Under the pieces are notes generated by a model. The model worked only from the letters and a program-made list of their open reading frames with translations, had not been told where the DNA came from and made no database searches. The position numbers and the translations under genes are program-made. Positions 48,783 through 57,373 of a stretch of 64,000 bases of DNA are shown in pieces. This stretch comes from an uncultured Gammaproteobacteria bacterium. GTDB lineage: Bacteria; Patescibacteriota; Patescibacteriia; 2-01-FULL-39-33. Positions within the stretch are counted from its first letter, which is position 1. Each line of letters begins with the position of its first letter. Location: assembly GCA_964536975.1 (NCBI GenBank), contig CAZHYS010000001.1:34329-98328 (forward strand), read 5' to 3'.

Positions 48783-49595
48783 ATGAAATTGAAAAGTAAA
48801 ATCAAAAAACCGCGGATTGCGATTATCGGCCTTACTTCGTGCGAGGGTTGCCAATTTGTGATGCTGGATCAGGGCAAGAAATTTTTGGATTGGCTGGACA
48901 AAGTGGAAATGGAGGAGTTCCGTTTGATAGAGGACGAGCCAATGTTGGCGTCGCATTACGATATTTGTTTTGTGGAAGGCAATCCTGTCACTCGCGCCAA
49001 CATCAAATTGCTCAAAGAGATGCGGCAGAAATCGGACAAACTAGTGGTAGTTGGCAATTGCGCCGCCTTGGGCGGGGTGTGGGAGCTCAAAAATTACGCT
49101 TCCAAAACCAAAGCGATCAGGGCGGTGTACAAAAAATTGAAAGTCCCGAATCCCGACATCAAAGAAGTGGACAATTTTGTCAAAGTGGATTATGTCATTC
49201 CCGGCTGTCCGATTGACGGGGATGAATTTATTGAGCTGGCCAATCAGCTTTTGGCCAAGAAGACTTTCCGTCTCTCGCAAAATCCGGTTTGCGATGAATG
49301 TCAAAAAGCCGGTTATGAGTGCCTGCTCCAAAAAGGTGAGATTTGTCTCGGACCGATTACGCTCGGCGGTTGTCATGCGGTCTGCTTGAAATCAAAACAG
49401 GCCTGCTGGGGTTGTCGCGGGTTGTTTGATGGCGCGCAAGTGGAAAATTTTATGGAATATCTGCTGAAAAATTTTTCTCGCGAACAAGTCTATCGGGTAA
49501 TGGAGGTATTTGGCGCGCGCGATACGATTTTGAAGCGATTGAAAGAAATGCAGGCGGGAGAGGATGAAAAATCAAAAATAAAATTTAAAAAATAA
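48783..49595 (+). CDS. hydD: Group 3b [NiFe]-hydrogenase small (delta) subunit
   Basis: LTSCEGC, VEG, GNCA..GG, IPGCP, VCDEC, CLGP.T..GC.A.C, CWGCRG. Confidence 0.92.
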   Translation: MKLKSKIKKPRIAIIGLTSCEGCQFVMLDQGKKFLDWLDKVEMEEFRLIEDEPMLASHYDICFVEGNPVTRANIKLLKEMRQKSDKLVVVGNCAALGGVWELKNYASKTKAIRAVYKKLKVPNPDIKEVDNFVKVDYVIPGCPIDGDEFIELANQLLAKKTFRLSQNPVCDECQKAGYECLLQKGEICLGPITLGGCHAVCLKSKQACWGCRGLFDGAQVENFMEYLLKNFSREQVYRVMEVFGARDTILKRLKEMQAGEDEKSKIKFKK

Positions 49596-49598
49596 TTC

Positions 49599-49634
49599 AC
49601 GTCAGTACGCGCGTACTGACGTTCGTACTGACGT
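49599..49634. promoter_or_regulatory. Perfect 24-bp palindrome plus an extra half-site, candidate operator
   Basis: ACGTCAGTACGC-GCGTACTGACGT then CGTACTGACGT, 7 bp before the AbrB-like ATG. Confidence 0.55.
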
Positions 49635-49641
49635 CAAATAT

Positions 49642-49809
49642 ATGATAAAATACATTAGAAAGCTGCAAAAAGCGAGCACCCACAGCTACGTTATCACAAT
49701 TCCCAAGGAGTTGATAGAAAAGTTTCGTTGGAAAGAAAGACAGAAATTGGAAATCGCTTGCGACGGCAAAACCGCCAAATTGACAATTAAGGATTGGCGT
49801 AAAAAATAA
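49642..49809 (+). CDS. AbrB/MazE/SpoVT-family DNA-binding protein (55 aa, not in the ORF track)
   Basis: MIKYIRKLQKASTHSYVITIPKELIEKFRWKERQKLEI..., swapped-hairpin signature. Confidence 0.8.
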   Translation: MIKYIRKLQKASTHSYVITIPKELIEKFRWKERQKLEIACDGKTAKLTIKDWRKK

Positions 49810-49820
49810 TCGGCAAAAAT

Positions 49821-50075
49821 ATGTCGGTAGAAATCTTAGAACAGCCGCAAATAGATCGGCTGGATTTGGAGCATCGGGATTACCTCCAGCGCGAAGTGAT
49901 GCGGCAAATGCTCGGAGAAGAGCCGGGTTATGAAACTCAGCTTGACTGGGTACTTAAATACGGCAAAAAAGTCAGTGATTTGATTGATTTTCACGAGCAT
50001 GACGAAATTAGGGGCTTGGCCATGGATGGCAATTATGAAGAGGCGGCGCAGAGATTAATTGAGTTGTTGGATTGA
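49821..50075 (+). CDS. Hypothetical acidic protein
   Basis: 84-aa ORF starting 11 bp after the AbrB-like gene. Confidence 0.65.
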   Translation: MSVEILEQPQIDRLDLEHRDYLQREVMRQMLGEEPGYETQLDWVLKYGKKVSDLIDFHEHDEIRGLAMDGNYEEAAQRLIELLD

Positions 50076-50357
50076 TGGGGGATGGAATACTGGGATCGTA
50101 GGCAGTAATCAGTAATTGGTAACGGGATTTTGGTTCGGAACTCGTAACTCGCGACTCGTAACTCGGAATAGTCCGTGATGTGGAGTACTGCGTCATCCCG
50201 AGCGAAGTCGAGGGATCCCTCCACGGAGTTTACCCTGAGCGTAGTCGAAGGGATCGGGATGACAAAATGGAAATGGGATTGCTTCGTCCGCTTGAGGCGT
50301 CCTCGCAATGACAGTGCTAAGCGGATTGGAAATTTATTGTAAATTTTAAATTGAAAA
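50076..50357. repeat. Intergenic mosaic of heptamer modules and GTCATCCCGAG-type palindromes
   Basis: Inverted partners at 44822-44844, 62113-62151 and 62157-62212. Confidence 0.8.
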
Positions 50358-50384
50358 CTTGTGGTGAACGAAGCTGAACCATTA

Positions 50385-50642
50385 AAAATTTGTAGCTATG
50401 CGCATCCAAATTAATCATATTGGCAAGATGTCCGCCTTCGCTCCGTTGAGCTTTGGCGAGACGAATATTTAGATAATTAATTATTTTTTTAAAATTTGTA
50501 GCTATGCGCATCCAAATTAATCATATTGGCAAGATGTCCGCCTTCGCTCCGTTGAGCTTTGGCGAGACGAATATTTAGATAATTAATTATTTTTTTAAAA
50601 TTTGTAGCTATGCGCATCCAAATTAATCATATTGGCAAGATG
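50385..50642 (+). repeat. 106-bp tandem repeat (about 2.4 copies) containing the first 11 codons of the large-subunit gene
   Basis: Identical ATGCGCATCCAAATTAATCATATTGGCAAGATG at 50398, 50504 and 50610. Confidence 0.95.
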
Positions 50643-51941
50643 GAGGGGCACGCTGATTTTGTGGCCGAGATTTTGCGTGGCGATGTAAAATCAGCCAAAA
50701 TCATCACCACCGAAGGCGCGCGGCTGATTGAAGGCATCTTGATCGGTCGGCATTTTTCCGAGGCGCCGATAATCACCTCTCGCATTTGTGGCATTTGTCC
50801 GGTCGTCCACAAATTGTCATCAATCAAAGCGATTGAAAACGCCTTTGACATTACGCCCAGAGAACAAATCGTCAAACTCCGCAAATTGATCAATTTGGCG
50901 CAAGTCATCCATAGTCACGCGCTTCATCTTTTCTTCTTGTCTTTGCCGGATTTTTTTGACATTGAAAACGATCTCAACTTTGTCAAAAAATATCCTCGCG
51001 AAACAGGGTGCGCCATCAAGACGAGGGATTGGGCGCTCAAAATCATTGAGGTCGTCGGCGGCCGGGCCGTTCATCCGATTGCCTGCGAGGTCGGCGGTTT
51101 CAAAGTTTGGCCGGAAAAAAACGAATTGAAAAATCTAGCCGATCAATACGAAACGATTTTGAAAAATGCTTTGAGTCTGGTCAATTTTGCCATCACGATA
51201 AAATATCCGAGGTTTCGCCGGCCAACCGCGTTTGTCAGCTTGACAAACAAAGACGAGTACGCGCTGTACGACGGCGATGTCAAAATAACAGAACCGGACG
51301 GCGGGAGCCGGATAATCAAAGCGGAAAGATATACCAAAAATATCAAAGAGATAGAGGAGCCGTATCGGGCGGCTAAGTCGGCGACTTTAGACGGCAAGCC
51401 GTTTATGGTCGGCGCTTTGGCGCGAATAAACAATAATCGCGACCAGCTCAATCCGTTGGCCAAGGGATTGCTCAAAGGATTAAATTGGAGATTTCCGCAG
51501 TACAACACTTTTGAAAACATTACCGCTCAGGCGATTGAAATAGTCCATTGCATTGAAGAGGCAAAGAAGATTTTGGATGATTTGGTGTCTGACTCCTCCA
51601 CCTTACGGAGGGGGAGGCTGGGAGGGGGTAAAACGCAAAAGGAAGAACAGCTATCATTGGATGTCATCGCCGGCGCCAATCCACTCGGCCGGGAAGCAAT
51701 AGGCGTAGACGCGATTGAAGCGCCGCGGGGCACCTTGTATCATTATTACAAGATCGATAAGAATGGCTATATCGCTGATTGCAACATTATCACGCCGACC
51801 GTTTCTTATCTGAAAAATTTGGAAGCGGATGTTTTGGCCTATCTCCCCAACGTGATGAAACTGCCTACCAAAAAACGGGCGATCAAAATCCGTGGCCTTA
51901 TCCGCGCTTACGATCCGTGTATTGCGTGTGCGACACACTGA
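50610..51941 (+). CDS. hydA: Group 3b-like [NiFe]-hydrogenase large (alpha) subunit
   Basis: KMEGH, L1 RICGICP..H, EAPRGTLYH, L2 YDPCIACATH at the extreme C-terminus. Confidence 0.95.
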   Translation: MRIQINHIGKMEGHADFVAEILRGDVKSAKIITTEGARLIEGILIGRHFSEAPIITSRICGICPVVHKLSSIKAIENAFDITPREQIVKLRKLINLAQVIHSHALHLFFLSLPDFFDIENDLNFVKKYPRETGCAIKTRDWALKIIEVVGGRAVHPIACEVGGFKVWPEKNELKNLADQYETILKNALSLVNFAITIKYPRFRRPTAFVSLTNKDEYALYDGDVKITEPDGGSRIIKAERYTKNIKEIEEPYRAAKSATLDGKPFMVGALARINNNRDQLNPLAKGLLKGLNWRFPQYNTFENITAQAIEIVHCIEEAKKILDDLVSDSSTLRRGRLGGGKTQKEEQLSLDVIAGANPLGREAIGVDAIEAPRGTLYHYYKIDKNGYIADCNIITPTVSYLKNLEADVLAYLPNVMKLPTKKRAIKIRGLIRAYDPCIACATH

Positions 51942-52051
51942 AATGGCATATGGCTAATAGCTTATAGCATATAGCTTATAGCTTATAGCTTATAGCTTAT
52001 AGCTTATAGCATATAGCATATAACATATAGCTTATAGCATATAGCATATGG
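51942..52051. repeat. Heptamer tandem array (GCTTATA/GCATATA)n, about 15 units
   Basis: Read directly; inverted partner at 52455-52480. Confidence 0.9.
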
Positions 52052-52081
52052 TATATAATGAATAAATTATAATGATACTTC

Positions 52082-52435
52082 ATGTTTAGGTTTGAAAGTT
52101 TGGAAATATGGCAGGAAGCCATTAAATTTTCTAATTTAATTTATAATATAACAGGAAAGTTTCCCAAAGAAGAATTATTTGGATTGGCCAGTCAATTAAA
52201 TAGAGCGGCGGTTTCGGTTTCTGCAAATATAGCCGAAGGATCAGCAGCTGCCTCGGTAAAAGAATTTACTATGTTTCTTGGCTTTTCAATCCGCTCGGGA
52301 GTTGAAGTTATTTCGGAATTATTTATCGCAAAGGAGAGGGGATATATTAAAGATCAAGAATTTCAAGAATTATATTCTATCGGGGAAATATTAATAAAAA
52401 GAATAACTTTTTTCAAAAACAATTTAAAAAAATAG
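52082..52435 (+). CDS. Four helix bundle protein (23S rRNA IVP/Avd-like family)
   Basis: FESLEIWQ.A, FPKEELFGLASQLNRAAVSVSANIAEG, GYI. Confidence 0.95.
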   Translation: MFRFESLEIWQEAIKFSNLIYNITGKFPKEELFGLASQLNRAAVSVSANIAEGSAAASVKEFTMFLGFSIRSGVEVISELFIAKERGYIKDQEFQELYSIGEILIKRITFFKNNLKK

Positions 52436-52485
52436 GCAGATGTCATGTGTTATGAGCCATATGCCATTAGCCATAAGCTAATTTT

Positions 52486-52740
52486 ATGCACGATTTCCAT
52501 CTCGCCGACCAAATCTACAAGACGATTATGGATTACGCGGCGAAAAACAACCTGAAAAAAATCACCAAAGCGACGATTGAACTCGGCTCAATTGTGGAGC
52601 ATGGCGAAGAAATTTTGCCGGAGAATTTGGTTTTTAACATTAAGATGTTGGCCGAAGGCGGACTAGCGGAAGGCCTGGAAGTGTCTGTCGCCAAAATCGC
52701 CGGCGACAGTTGGATACTTAAGGAGATAGAAGGAGAATAG
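52486..52740 (+). CDS. hypA: HypA-like nickel metallochaperone lacking the zinc-finger domain
   Basis: MHD.HLA, KITK..IELG, PENL.F, L.EIEGE; 84 aa with no cysteine. Confidence 0.75.
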   Translation: MHDFHLADQIYKTIMDYAAKNNLKKITKATIELGSIVEHGEEILPENLVFNIKMLAEGGLAEGLEVSVAKIAGDSWILKEIEGE

Positions 52741-52869
52741 GAATGAAGTTTCTAATTTCTAATGTCTAATTTCTAATAAAATTCAAATTTTTAAATTTTA
52801 TTTGTTTTTTTGTAGTTTTTGATTTTGAATTTTATGCGGCTATCTTAATCTATGTTATAATATGTTCAG

Positions 52870-54045
52870 ATGAAAATAAAATCCATTCGCCAAGTTAAGA
52901 ATCTGCGAGGCAAGCGCGTACTCATTCGCGTTGATTTCAACGTGCCGCTTGGCGCCAATGGCAAAGTTGATCCCGAAGAAGAGTACCGGATCATTCAGAG
53001 CTTGCCGACGATAAAATATTTGATCAAGAAAAAAGCCAAAGTAATCATCATGGCTCATTTGGGCCGGCCGGATGGCAGGGTGGTGGAAAAATTCCGCTTG
53101 GATCCGGTGGCGGCTCGCTTGGCGCGGCTATTGGGTAAAAGCATTTACAAAAGCGACATCGTCATCGGCAAGGATGTGGAAAAAAAGATTGCCGAGATGA
53201 AAAAGGGCGACGTCTTGATGCTGGAGAATGTCCGGTTTGATCGTCGCGAAGAGACGGGAAACAAGACCTTTGCCAGACAGCTGGCTAAGCTTGGTGATAT
53301 TTTCGTCAACGACGGGTTTGCTGTATCTCATCGCGAGCATGTTTCAGTGGCGACAATCCAAAATTATCTCCCTAGCTACGGCGGTTTCCTTTTGGAACAA
53401 GAAATTGATAACTTGAGCGGAGTTTTTGATCGATCGCCCAAGCCGCTGGTGGCCGTTATCGGCGGCGCCAAAATTTCCACCAAAATAAAAGTCATCGGCA
53501 GATTTTTGGATTCGGCTGATTATGTCCTCCTCGGCGGCGCGCTGGCCAACACTGTTCTAAAAGCGCTTGGCGTGGCTGTCGGCAAATCAATGATTGAGCC
53601 CAAGATGGTAGATGAAATAAGAAAAATAAAATTGACTGATGATCAGTTGCGCGTGCCGGTGGACGGAATTTTCGCGTCCAGCTTCAAGGCCATCAAGGGC
53701 CGAATTGACGCGCTCGGCGATATCCGCAAAAACGAGGTGATTTTGGATATCGGGCCGGATACGATAGAATTATATCGGCATATCATCAGTCAAGCCAAGA
53801 CGATCGTGTGGAACGGGCCGATGGGACTGGTTGAAACGCCGTTTTTTGCCCGCGGCACCAGGGAGCTGATCAAGATTTTGGCCGCTTCCAAAGCCAAGAC
53901 TATCGTCGGCGGCGGCGAGACAGTGCAACTGATTCGGAAAATGGGTTTGGAAAAAAAGTTTACCTTTATTTCCACCGGCGGCGGCGCGATGCTGGAATTT
54001 TTGGAAGGGAAGAAGCTACCAGGGCTTAAAAAAATAGTTTCTTGA
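52870..54045 (+). CDS. pgk: Phosphoglycerate kinase
   Basis: RVDFNVP, HLGRP, LENVRF, GGAKISTK, DIGP, WNGPMG, STGGGAMLEFLEG. Confidence 0.97.
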   Translation: MKIKSIRQVKNLRGKRVLIRVDFNVPLGANGKVDPEEEYRIIQSLPTIKYLIKKKAKVIIMAHLGRPDGRVVEKFRLDPVAARLARLLGKSIYKSDIVIGKDVEKKIAEMKKGDVLMLENVRFDRREETGNKTFARQLAKLGDIFVNDGFAVSHREHVSVATIQNYLPSYGGFLLEQEIDNLSGVFDRSPKPLVAVIGGAKISTKIKVIGRFLDSADYVLLGGALANTVLKALGVAVGKSMIEPKMVDEIRKIKLTDDQLRVPVDGIFASSFKAIKGRIDALGDIRKNEVILDIGPDTIELYRHIISQAKTIVWNGPMGLVETPFFARGTRELIKILAASKAKTIVGGGETVQLIRKMGLEKKFTFISTGGGAMLEFLEGKKLPGLKKIVS

Positions 54046-54268
54046 TAAAATTTTTAATTTTTATTTTTCAATCCGTCACCGTGGATAATTATCAGTTTTT
54101 AAAAAATAATTATTGTTTAATTGTCCCCACCACAGGCGGGCAGGCGCCGCGGCGGATTGTAAAATTGTTTGGTACCCCCAATTATAGAAGCGGCATAAAA
54201 ACAATATAACAATATAGCCATTTAGCAACTTTTATTATAACAACTAAATAATAAATTAACAGACTCCT

Positions 54269-55078
54269 ATGAATGAAAATTTTTCCGGTGGTACCCCCAA
54301 GTATCACGTCAAATTGGTTTTTTCAGTGTTCGCGATAATCGTGATGATCTTTTTGTCCGCTTATCTCGTCAGCCTGACGCGAAACGCCTGGGAAAATTAC
54401 AATTATATCGGTAAGAGTCCCGAATACCAGGATCGGGTCAGTGTTTCCGGCCTTGGCGAGGTGACTGCCAAACCGGATGTGGCGTTGGTAAATGTCGGCA
54501 TTATCACCCAGAAGTCAACTGTGGAAGAAGCGCAGACGGAAAATAACAACAAAATGAACGCGATTATCACCGAGCTAAAGGGCCAGTACAAGATTGCCGA
54601 AGAAGATATTAAAACCAGTTATTATCAGATTAACCCTCGTTATGATTGGACCGAAGGTCGCCAAAGGATAATTGGTTATGAAGTTAGCCAGTCAGTGGAG
54701 GTGAAGGTGCGGAATTTTGACAATATCGGCAAGATTGTTTCCATGGCCGGTGAAAAAGGCGCCAATAGCGTCAGTGGTCCGAATTTTACTATTGATGATC
54801 CGGAAGTTTACAAAGCTGAAGCAAGAAAAGAGGCGATCGCTCAAGCCAAGGAAAAGGCCAAGTCATTGGCCGATGAAGTCGGTATCAATCTTGGTCGGAT
54901 AGTCGGCTTTTCCGAGGATATGGCCACGCCGTCATATTATGCCGGCGATTACGCTTACGGAATGGGTAGTTCAGTGGAGGAAAAAGCACTTTCTTCGGCG
55001 GTGCCGCAAGCAGATATCCAATCCGGCAGCCAGGAGGTCAAGGTCAATGTGTATATCACTTACGAGATTGGGAAATAG
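54269..55078 (+). CDS. SIMPL (DUF541) domain protein
   Basis: VSVSG.GEV.AKPD.A, IKTS.Y.INP.Y, AR..AI..A..KA..LA. Confidence 0.9.
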   Translation: MNENFSGGTPKYHVKLVFSVFAIIVMIFLSAYLVSLTRNAWENYNYIGKSPEYQDRVSVSGLGEVTAKPDVALVNVGIITQKSTVEEAQTENNNKMNAIITELKGQYKIAEEDIKTSYYQINPRYDWTEGRQRIIGYEVSQSVEVKVRNFDNIGKIVSMAGEKGANSVSGPNFTIDDPEVYKAEARKEAIAQAKEKAKSLADEVGINLGRIVGFSEDMATPSYYAGDYAYGMGSSVEEKALSSAVPQADIQSGSQEVKVNVYITYEIGK

Positions 55079-55092
55079 TTTTTCAAACCAAC

Positions 55093-55129
55093 TTTTAAAA
55101 ACAGTCCGCCGCGGCGGACTGTTTTTAAA
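55093..55129. terminator. Perfect palindrome / terminator with a CCGCCGCGGCGG core
   Basis: TTTTAAAAACAGTCCGCCGCGGCGGACTGTTTTTAAAA. Confidence 0.7.
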
Positions 55130-55218
55130 ATCCAATGCTTTTGTGTTATAATAAATCTGCTATTTTTATCCTAGTGGATATTTTTTAATATTATAAATAA
55201 ATAAGTAAAAAATCGTTT

Positions 55219-56466
55219 ATGTCAAAGATCAAGTCAATCAAGGGTCGGGAAATATTGGATTCTCGGGGTAATCCGACTGTAGAAGTGGAAGTGGTCTTGT
55301 CGAGTGGCAAGAAGGCCTGGGCGGCAGTACCCAGTGGCGCCTCCACTGGCAGCTATGAAGCACTGGAGCTTCGTGATGGCGATAAAAAAAGATACGGTGG
55401 CAAGGGAGTCTTGAAAGCGGTCAAAAATATCAATGAAAAAATAGCCCCCAAACTGAAAGGAATGGAAGTGGCCAAACAAAGGGAAATTGATAAAATGATG
55501 CTTGATCTTGATGGCACGGAAAACAAATCAAAATTGGGCGCCAACGCCATTTTGGGCGTATCATTGGCAGTGGCGCGAGCCGCGGCGATTGACGCCAAAA
55601 AGCCGCTTTATGCTTATCTCAATAAGAAATTCTGGTCCAAGAAAAAGATGTCTTTTCCGGTGCCGATGATGAATATTATGAATGGCGGCGCTCATGCCGG
55701 CTGGTCCATTGATATCCAGGAGTTTATGGTCACCCCTCAGCAGAATAATGTCAAAGAAGCAGTGCGTTGCGGCGCGGAAATTTTTCACGCTTTGAAAAAG
55801 ATTTTGAAAGACAAGGGCTATCAGACCACGGTTGGCGATGAGGGCGGTTATGCGCCGAAATTGCCCGGCAATGAACAGGCGCTCAAGGTGATCTTGGAGG
55901 CGATTGCCGCTGCTGGCTATAAAGCAGGCAAAGACGTCAAAATCGCCATTGATGCCGCTTCCTCAGAATTCCATAAGGACGGCGTTTATGATATGGTGGC
56001 GGACAAGAAAAAGAGAAGCGCCGCGGATATGGTGGCAATGTATGGCGATTGGATTACTCGTTATCCGATTGAGTCATTGGAAGACGGCTTAGCTGAAGAT
56101 GATTGGGACGGTTGGAAGACCTTGACCGGCAAGCTCGGCAAAAAAATCGCTTTGGTCGGCGATGACTTGTTTGTGACCAATGTCAAGAGATTGAAAAAGG
56201 GCATAGAACAGGAAGTCGGCAATGCCATTCTGATAAAATTGAACCAAATCGGCAGCTTGACTGAAACTGTGGAAGCGATCAAGCTGGCGCAGGAGCATGG
56301 TTACAAGATCGCTGTGTCGCACAGGAGCGGCGAAACGGTTGATGACTTTATTTCTGATCTGTCTGTCGCTTGCGGCGCCGAGTATATCAAGACTGGCTCG
56401 CTTTGCCGCAGCGAACGCATCGCCAAATACAATCGGCTGATGGAAATTTGGGATGAAATAAAGTAA
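55219..56466 (+). CDS. eno: Enolase
   Basis: [43 protein letters not shown]. Confidence 0.98.
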   Translation: MSKIKSIKGREILDSRGNPTVEVEVVLSSGKKAWAAVPSGASTGSYEALELRDGDKKRYGGKGVLKAVKNINEKIAPKLKGMEVAKQREIDKMMLDLDGTENKSKLGANAILGVSLAVARAAAIDAKKPLYAYLNKKFWSKKKMSFPVPMMNIMNGGAHAGWSIDIQEFMVTPQQNNVKEAVRCGAEIFHALKKILKDKGYQTTVGDEGGYAPKLPGNEQALKVILEAIAAAGYKAGKDVKIAIDAASSEFHKDGVYDMVADKKKRSAADMVAMYGDWITRYPIESLEDGLAEDDWDGWKTLTGKLGKKIALVGDDLFVTNVKRLKKGIEQEVGNAILIKLNQIGSLTETVEAIKLAQEHGYKIAVSHRSGETVDDFISDLSVACGAEYIKTGSLCRSERIAKYNRLMEIWDEIK

Positions 56467-56472
56467 GGCCGC

Positions 56473-57297
56473 ATGGAAAAATATTGTTTTTTAAATGGTC
56501 GGACCGTGTCTTTGAAAAACGCGAAAATACCGATAGATGACATCGGCGTTTTGCGCGCTTATGGCGTTTTTGATTTTCTTCGCACTTATCATGGTCGGCT
56601 GTTTCTTTTTCGTGAACATTGGCAACGGTTTTGCCGATCGGCCAAGACATTGGGTGTAAAAATTCCGACTTCGGAGGCGCAGACCAAGAAGATAGTTTAT
56701 GATTTGATGAAGAAAAATGAGCTGTCAGATGCGACTGCCCGTCTGGTCTTGACTGGCGGCTCAAGTCGAGATGGCATGCATTTTGGCGATAGCCAGCCGA
56801 ACTTTTTCATTCTGCTTGGCAAAATTCCGCCGCGAAAAGAGAAGGATTATATCAATGGCGTGGAATTATTACCGGTAGAACATCAACGGGAATTTCCGAT
56901 CGCCAAATCAAATAGTTATTTGACCTCCATAAAATTCAAAAATTTTCCCCATTCAGATAAAATATTGGATTTGCTGTATTGCGACGATGGAAAAATCTTG
57001 GAGGGATCGACTTGCAATTTCTTTCTGATCAAGGGAAATAATTTGATCACAGCCAAGGATGGCATTTTGTCTGGTGTAACGAGAAATTTTGTCATCAAGC
57101 TGGCCAAGAAGAAAATGAAGGTGAAGGAAAGAGAGGTCTTGTTTGAAGAATTAAAACAGGCCGATGAGACGTTTATTACTACCACCACCAAAGAAATCCT
57201 GCCTGTGGTCAAAGTGGGAAAAGTCAAAGTCGGCTCTGGGAAAGTAGGTGAGAAGACAAAAATGTTGATGGGATTGTTTAGAGAAGCGGTTGGATAG
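56473..57297 (+). CDS. Aminotransferase class IV (PLP fold IV)
   Basis: YGVFD.LR, H..R..RSA, AKS.SY, EGSTCNFF, ILSGVTR, ADETFIT. Confidence 0.9.
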   Translation: MEKYCFLNGRTVSLKNAKIPIDDIGVLRAYGVFDFLRTYHGRLFLFREHWQRFCRSAKTLGVKIPTSEAQTKKIVYDLMKKNELSDATARLVLTGGSSRDGMHFGDSQPNFFILLGKIPPRKEKDYINGVELLPVEHQREFPIAKSNSYLTSIKFKNFPHSDKILDLLYCDDGKILEGSTCNFFLIKGNNLITAKDGILSGVTRNFVIKLAKKKMKVKEREVLFEELKQADETFITTTTKEILPVVKVGKVKVGSGKVGEKTKMLMGLFREAVG

Positions 57298-57373
57298 AAA
57301 ATTGTAATTATTAATTAGAAATTAGGATTTAGAAATTAGAAATTTAATGAGTAATTATTTTTTTTAAAATCCA

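Noticed and set aside
50008-50511. Short minus-strand ORFs
   Set aside because: They fall in repeat mosaic DNA, antisense to the operon.
50385-50642. Possible CRISPR array (46-bp repeat with spacers)
   Set aside because: The two intervening segments are identical, the repeat is the hydA 5' end, and no cas genes are present.
45915-52435. Diversity-generating retroelement suggested by Avd-like four-helix-bundle genes
   Set aside because: No reverse transcriptase and no TR/VR pair with adenine-specific mismatches were seen in the window.
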